51,104 bases of DNA from a virus (Duplodnaviria; Caudoviricetes). A model generated the notes under the pieces. It was not told the DNA's origin, ran no database searches, and saw nothing but the letters and a program-made list of their open reading frames with translations. Position numbers and translations under genes: made by a program. The stretch lies in the IMG/VR virus record IMGVR_UViG_3300032314_000556, positions 1 through 51,104 of that record. One strand, 5' to 3'. Positions 46,504 through 51,104 of this stretch are shown one piece after another. How positions within the stretch are numbered: position 1 is the stretch's first letter; each line of letters begins with the position of its first letter.

Positions 46504-49500
46504 ATGTCACAACAGAATATTCGAGAATATAACTATAGAAAATGGTTTCTAAGACCCGTAGGTCAAAATCTTGACTTAAATCTTGCGTCAGACGAGAAAG
46601 ATTATAACGAAGAAGTTGTTTTTTCCTCCAATTTAATTGCCCAAAATGACGGAAATAGATTACCAATTTATTTTGATTTAAATAATTCTGGTTCGTCCCA
46701 ATTATTTTTATTAAATTATGGAGTTTATAACTCAGCAAATACTCTTGTATCTTTAAATTATTACAATCCAAATAATGAAAATTTGGATATGTTTACAGCC
46801 TCGACTCTTTGTGATATTGGATTGACCGCCATCGATAATGGACTTGTAGATAGAATGTCCGGAGAAACCATATCATTTACAATGGGATTATTGGATGATG
46901 TTGATAAGTTTAACAGATATGATTTTGACAGAAGATTTAAAATGTTTCAGGTTACAGGTTACACTGACCCCCCAAACGAAAGGTTTTCAGGTAATACAGA
47001 TAGAACAGTTTATGAAATAGTATCCAAAACAAATAGTCAAGTCGGAACATATAACCAACTTTACGGTGGTTTTTATCAAGGATTTTTTAAATTATTTGGA
47101 TATGACTATGAAACTTTTCCAAATAGAATAAATAAGGGATGGTCAGTTGAGATGCTCCTCAAGCCAAGATTGTCAGACGAATTTGGACCTACTTCGGGAG
47201 AAACAACCTTAAATTTAGTTTATCCTGAGAATAAAAATACATTTTTTTATTTTGGTACAAGAGGTGAAAATAAATTTTACCATCATGCCTCAGGTTCACC
47301 AGCATCCGATAGTGGATATACAAGAGTAACACAAGCATTAGAAGGTATCTTAAAGACTTGCGCTTGTGGCAATACAGGTGTTACAAACTCAAGATGTATC
47401 GAAGTCTATAATCCAATAGAATATGGTGTTGAGCACAATATTGATTGTAACTGTTATTGCTCGAACAATACAGTTATTAACGCTGACAAAGACCCGTTGT
47501 ATGACTCAATGTCGAACGCATTTTCAGTAAAATTAAATGGTGACCCATCTAATCCTGGAATTTGTGTTAAAGTTTTAAAGTTTACGGGTGATTGTGTTGT
47601 TACAGGAACAACACCAACTACAGGAATAACATATCAGACAGGATATACTGTAACTGAATATTGTTCAGAATCAGGAATATTTGATTATTGTGCATCAGAA
47701 AATCCTGAATATCTTAATGAAGAACATTGGTTTTTGGTAGATGTGGTTTGGGAAAGAAATACTTGGTTCGATACTTGCGATTTATATTACAAAGGAGGAC
47801 TAGGGTTAATTACTGACTTCAAATATGTTGATAGTTTATCTAATAATACGGTCAATTTAATTGAACCTCCTGTTACTCATACGGGTAGTCCAAAACCAGA
47901 CCAAGTTGAGATTGTTAATTTAAATGAAAGGTGGTTAATTGAAAAATCAGATAGACTTGGAGCACTTAAAATTTATGTTAACAGTAAGTTATTTTATGTA
48001 ATTAATGGATTTGAAGAAATAATTCCAAGAGGACTAAACGCCGAGAAAGAAAAACAACTTGGTGTCCCATTTAACATATCTTGGGGTGGGGGAACTCAAG
48101 GACTTAGAGAAAGTTTAACATTTGAGCAAAAACCCGCTTGTGACATATCTTTTGGGGTTGATATTGGGATTGATTTACTTGCAATTATATCACCTGGCTC
48201 GGTAAACATAGAATATATTCTAACGACTTCATATGTTATAAGTGAAGAAATTACAGTTAATTTTACTCATATACTTGGAACAACAACAGGTAACAATATA
48301 TCAATTACAAATTCAATAACAATACCTCCAAATGAAAATAGAGGAAGTACTTCTATAATTCTTTTGGACGATTTTAATACACTAGATGGAGAAAGTTCAT
48401 TTACAAATGTTAGTACAACACCGGCGTTTATAAGTAATAACATTGAGTTTACCTTTGAATCAGAATTTATTTACCCAACTCCAACGGCAACCGTTACACC
48501 ATCACCAACACCAACTCCTTCATTTACATCTACCCCAACTCAAACAGTAACTCCAACTCAAACAGTAACACCAACTAATCCTTGTGTTCAATATATTACA
48601 GATGAATTAGGTAATTTTATTTTAACTGAAGAAGGTGATTATATTATTTCAGAACGTAATCCTTGTATTACGCCAACTCCTACACCAACTATAACACCAA
48701 CTAATCCTTGTGTTCAATATATTACAGATGAATTAGGTAATTTTATTTTAACTGAAGAAGGTGATTATATTATTTCGGAATTAAATCCTTGTATATCACC
48801 AACTCCTACACCAACTATAACTAAAACATCAACTAATACCCCAACACCAACCCCTACTTGTATACCATTTATTAATACTATCATTATTTCTAATGGTTCA
48901 TATGTCGCCACTAATGGAACTTATACAAGAAATAACCCTTTATCAGTTTTTACTCAATTGAGCGGAACTGGCGTTATATTTTTTGGTGGGGATGCATGGT
49001 ATGTCAATTCAGGACCTGCTGGAAATGTTGCATGGAATACCTCTCAATTAGGGACAGGAACTTGGTCTCCTTTGCCACCAGGAAATTCATCAGGAATTAT
49101 TGCAGAATATTATTATTATAATTGTGTAACACCTACAACAACTCCAACTGTAACTCAGACTCCTACAAATACTGAAACACCAACACCCACACCAACCTCA
49201 ACAATACCAGTTAGTTGTGATACTTTTACATTTACAGGTAATAACGCCACTATAACTGTAAATAGTGCTATTAAAACATCAAACGGTGGATGGGATGCCT
49301 CATCATATTCAGTAGAATCCTATACTTCTCCAGTATCAGTATCATTCCAAGTTTCAAGTAGTAATTTATATTTAATGGGAGGATTTTCATATAATCCAAA
49401 CGCAAATCCTGGGGATACATATGTGGATATTTCTTATGGACTTTATATCCAACCTAACTTCTTGGAAATATATGAAAATGGAACCCAAGCTACAGTTATA

Positions 49501-50049
49501 GGTGAGACGACAAATACAACTTCAGATGTGTGGAAAGTAGATTATAATGGAACGGATGTGAAATATTATAAAAACGGTGGTTTAATTTATACATCATCTA
49601 ATGCTGTTACACAACCATTACATATTTATTTCCCTCTTTTAACTTTTGATGAAGGTGTTACTAATGTTTGTGTTATTGGGACACCCGTTCCAACTCCTAC
49701 TAATACACCAACTCCTACTAATACACCAACCATATCAATAACTCCATCAATAACTCCAACTACAACAATGACCCCAACTCCGTCATTTACCCCAAATTGT
49801 GTTCGTCAAATAGTTGTTCCAACATTATGGAATGGAGCAACTAGTATAAACAGTAATGTACTTCAATTAACTCAGACTTCAGAAACTTTACAAATACAAG
49901 TGAATGATGTTATAACAGATAATATTGGGGCGACAAGTTTTGTTGGAATTGTATCTTCAGACGGAACTTATACATACGTATTTACAGGGCCTGGTGGCGG
50001 ACTTGCATTTGATTGTGATTTCCCATTAACATTTTCAGGAGCATGCTAA
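46504..50049 (+). CDS. Large modular virion (tail/baseplate-associated) protein: LamG/ConA-like N-region, Pro/Thr linkers, repeated acidic hairpin motifs and a SPRY/ConA-like module
   Basis: Start MSQQ at 46504 is preferred because it follows TATTTAT. Jelly-roll-like strands GWSVEMLLKPR, LKIYVNSKL, FNISWGGG; TP tracts; EIYENG...VKYYKNG module. Confidence 0.72.
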   Translation: MSQQNIREYNYRKWFLRPVGQNLDLNLASDEKDYNEEVVFSSNLIAQNDGNRLPIYFDLNNSGSSQLFLLNYGVYNSANTLVSLNYYNPNNENLDMFTASTLCDIGLTAIDNGLVDRMSGETISFTMGLLDDVDKFNRYDFDRRFKMFQVTGYTDPPNERFSGNTDRTVYEIVSKTNSQVGTYNQLYGGFYQGFFKLFGYDYETFPNRINKGWSVEMLLKPRLSDEFGPTSGETTLNLVYPENKNTFFYFGTRGENKFYHHASGSPASDSGYTRVTQALEGILKTCACGNTGVTNSRCIEVYNPIEYGVEHNIDCNCYCSNNTVINADKDPLYDSMSNAFSVKLNGDPSNPGICVKVLKFTGDCVVTGTTPTTGITYQTGYTVTEYCSESGIFDYCASENPEYLNEEHWFLVDVVWERNTWFDTCDLYYKGGLGLITDFKYVDSLSNNTVNLIEPPVTHTGSPKPDQVEIVNLNERWLIEKSDRLGALKIYVNSKLFYVINGFEEIIPRGLNAEKEKQLGVPFNISWGGGTQGLRESLTFEQKPACDISFGVDIGIDLLAIISPGSVNIEYILTTSYVISEEITVNFTHILGTTTGNNISITNSITIPPNENRGSTSIILLDDFNTLDGESSFTNVSTTPAFISNNIEFTFESEFIYPTPTATVTPSPTPTPSFTSTPTQTVTPTQTVTPTNPCVQYITDELGNFILTEEGDYIISERNPCITPTPTPTITPTNPCVQYITDELGNFILTEEGDYIISELNPCISPTPTPTITKTSTNTPTPTPTCIPFINTIIISNGSYVATNGTYTRNNPLSVFTQLSGTGVIFFGGDAWYVNSGPAGNVAWNTSQLGTGTWSPLPPGNSSGIIAEYYYYNCVTPTTTPTVTQTPTNTETPTPTPTSTIPVSCDTFTFTGNNATITVNSAIKTSNGGWDASSYSVESYTSPVSVSFQVSSSNLYLMGGFSYNPNANPGDTYVDISYGLYIQPNFLEIYENGTQATVIGETTNTTSDVWKVDYNGTDVKYYKNGGLIYTSSNAVTQPLHIYFPLLTFDEGVTNVCVIGTPVPTPTNTPTPTNTPTISITPSITPTTTMTPTPSFTPNCVRQIVVPTLWNGATSINSNVLQLTQTSETLQIQVNDVITDNIGATSFVGIVSSDGTYTYVFTGPGGGLAFDCDFPLTFSGAC
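48566..48821 (+). repeat. 126-nt tandem duplication (42-aa unit TPTNPCVQYITDELGNFILTEEGDYIISE..PC)
   Basis: 85-nt perfect identity 48566-48650 = 48692-48776, near-identical beyond that. Confidence 0.9.
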
Positions 50050-50088
50050 ATAAAGGCAAATAAAAAACATAATTAAATAAATAAAAGA

Positions 50089-50096
50089 TATTTATA
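50089..50096 (+). promoter_or_regulatory. Putative late promoter TATTTATA
   Basis: Part of the palindrome tatttataaata, upstream of ATG 50110. Confidence 0.55.
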
Positions 50097-50109
50097 AATA
50101 AAATTAAAA

Positions 50110-51104
50110 ATGGCTAACGTAAAAATTTCAGAATTACCTTTAGGGAATCTAACTTCAACAAGTACATTTCCATTTGTTGATGAAGGAACAACATATCAAG
50201 GAGCAATTTCAGCGATTACTTCTAACTCAACAGTTGAGGTAACTTACTCTGAACTTGTTGATAAAATTACTGGTGAGACATTAAACACAGGAAGTTATTA
50301 TATCATAACCGACTTTAGAACTTGTTATGACCAGCCAGATTATAATAATGTAAAAGACCCAATTACTACGGGAATATATAAAAGTGCCGATACCGTATCG
50401 CCTATTGTTGTTTTGGCAACATCTGCAAATACAATATCAATAGACGCATTCCAACCTGAGTTTCCCTTTGATAAAATAAAATACGATTATAGTTTTAACG
50501 CAACTGAACATACCTCAGGACCTGCATTTGGTAGAATTACTGAAAGAATTGATAATTTAAATAACAGGACGGACTATGACCACATAACTATTTTATTTAA
50601 AAGATATCGTGGATATTCATATTACGAAAGTAACCCATTAAGTGGTCTTGTAGGAATAAGTGGTATTACAGGAACTACAGGTGTATTATACGGTAATACC
50701 GGTACTACATTTAATTCTAATTTATCTCAAGGTACTATTATTGCGATAACAAATTTAAATCCTGTGTTTTTCGAAGTTATATCAGTTGCTAGTAATTCTT
50801 TAGCAATTATATCAGGTGTAACAATAAGTCAAACTAATAGTTCACCTTATTATTTAACATCTGACGATGGTATTATGAGTTATTATCAACCTAACATAAG
50901 ACAAAACCAAGTTTATGAATACACAACATTTGGTGATGCTATTGATAATGAAACTGCAATAAATAACTATGTTGGGGACCAAGCCAATTTATATTTGAAT
51001 TGGGGTGTTGGTGATTTTTTATTGGCAAATAATGTGTTTATATCTGGCGAATATATAAATAACACCATCGGTAACGGTTCTTATAATAACACCTTTAATG
51101 ATGA
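50110..51104 (+). CDS. Tail-fibre-like structural protein, 3'-truncated by the window (not in the ORF track)
   Basis: Frame from ATG 50110 reads MANVKISELPLGNLTSTSTFPFVDEGTTYQ...VTYSELVDKI...GSYYIITDFRTCYDQPDY...GRITERID; a KISELP start is typical of phage fibre proteins. Confidence 0.72.
   Translation, partial: MANVKISELPLGNLTSTSTFPFVDEGTTYQGAISAITSNSTVEVTYSELVDKITGETLNTGSYYIITDFRTCYDQPDYNNVKDPITTGIYKSADTVSPIVVLATSANTISIDAFQPEFPFDKIKYDYSFNATEHTSGPAFGRITERIDNLNNRTDYDHITILFKRYRGYSYYESNPLSGLVGISGITGTTGVLYGNTGTTFNSNLSQGTIIAITNLNPVFFEVISVASNSLAIISGVTISQTNSSPYYLTSDDGIMSYYQPNIRQNQVYEYTTFGDAIDNETAINNYVGDQANLYLNWGVGDFLLANNVFISGEYINNTIGNGSYNNTFND

Noticed and set aside
109-46771. Numerous short antisense or overlapping ORFs in the track (e.g. 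137..538, 1343..1801, 14267..14602, 46466..46771)
   Set aside because: They are shadows of real genes, with F/S/L-rich composition mirroring K/E-rich sense strands.
48566-48821. Diversity-generating retroelement TR/VR pair
   Set aside because: The copies are tandem and in-frame, differences are not confined to adenines, and no reverse transcriptase is in the window.
1-51104. CRISPR array, tRNA or rRNA genes
   Set aside because: Intergenic gaps are nearly all under ~115 nt. I saw no repeat-spacer periodicity or cloverleaf signatures, and all direct repeats found are in-frame coding repeats.
1-51104. Alternative genetic code (stop-codon reassignment)
   Set aside because: Standard code gives dense, full-length genes. 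The only broken gene (portal) is a frameshift, not an in-frame stop.

Overview
This 51 kb AT-rich window comes from a large T4-like (myovirus-type) phage. The host is most likely a Bacteroidota bacterium, inferred from a Bacteroidia-type bS21 and A-rich leaders lacking Shine-Dalgarno sequences. The left part (1-17.7 kb, + strand) is the head/packaging module: large terminase, a 1667-aa Pro/Thr-rich, Cys-module and LRR protein, a portal split by a 1-nt frameshift, ribosomal protein bS21 on the - strand, prohead protease, scaffold and gp23-like major capsid protein. Two free-standing HNH-type endonucleases and small putative head-internal proteins follow. A long - strand block holds a gp5-like spike, a gp55-like late sigma factor and a ~15 kb glycosyltransferase/methyltransferase island mixed with PhoH, dUTPase, a 3'-5' exonuclease and a HAD nucleotidase. 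A stand-alone WYL protein and + strand fibre-like genes end the window. The most notable signals are: (1) a sense-strand TATTTAT(A) motif, the reverse complement of the T4 late promoter, 4-39 nt upstream of 15 genes on both strands including bS21, implying near-leaderless late mRNAs; (2) an identical 18-nt promoter/hairpin cassette over the start of both endonucleases; (3) a shared N-terminal 'KLTExxL..I...I.E' leader on several unrelated proteins; (4) the glycan island alongside mucin-like putative virion proteins. All product calls come from motif recognition by eye; no database searches were run.
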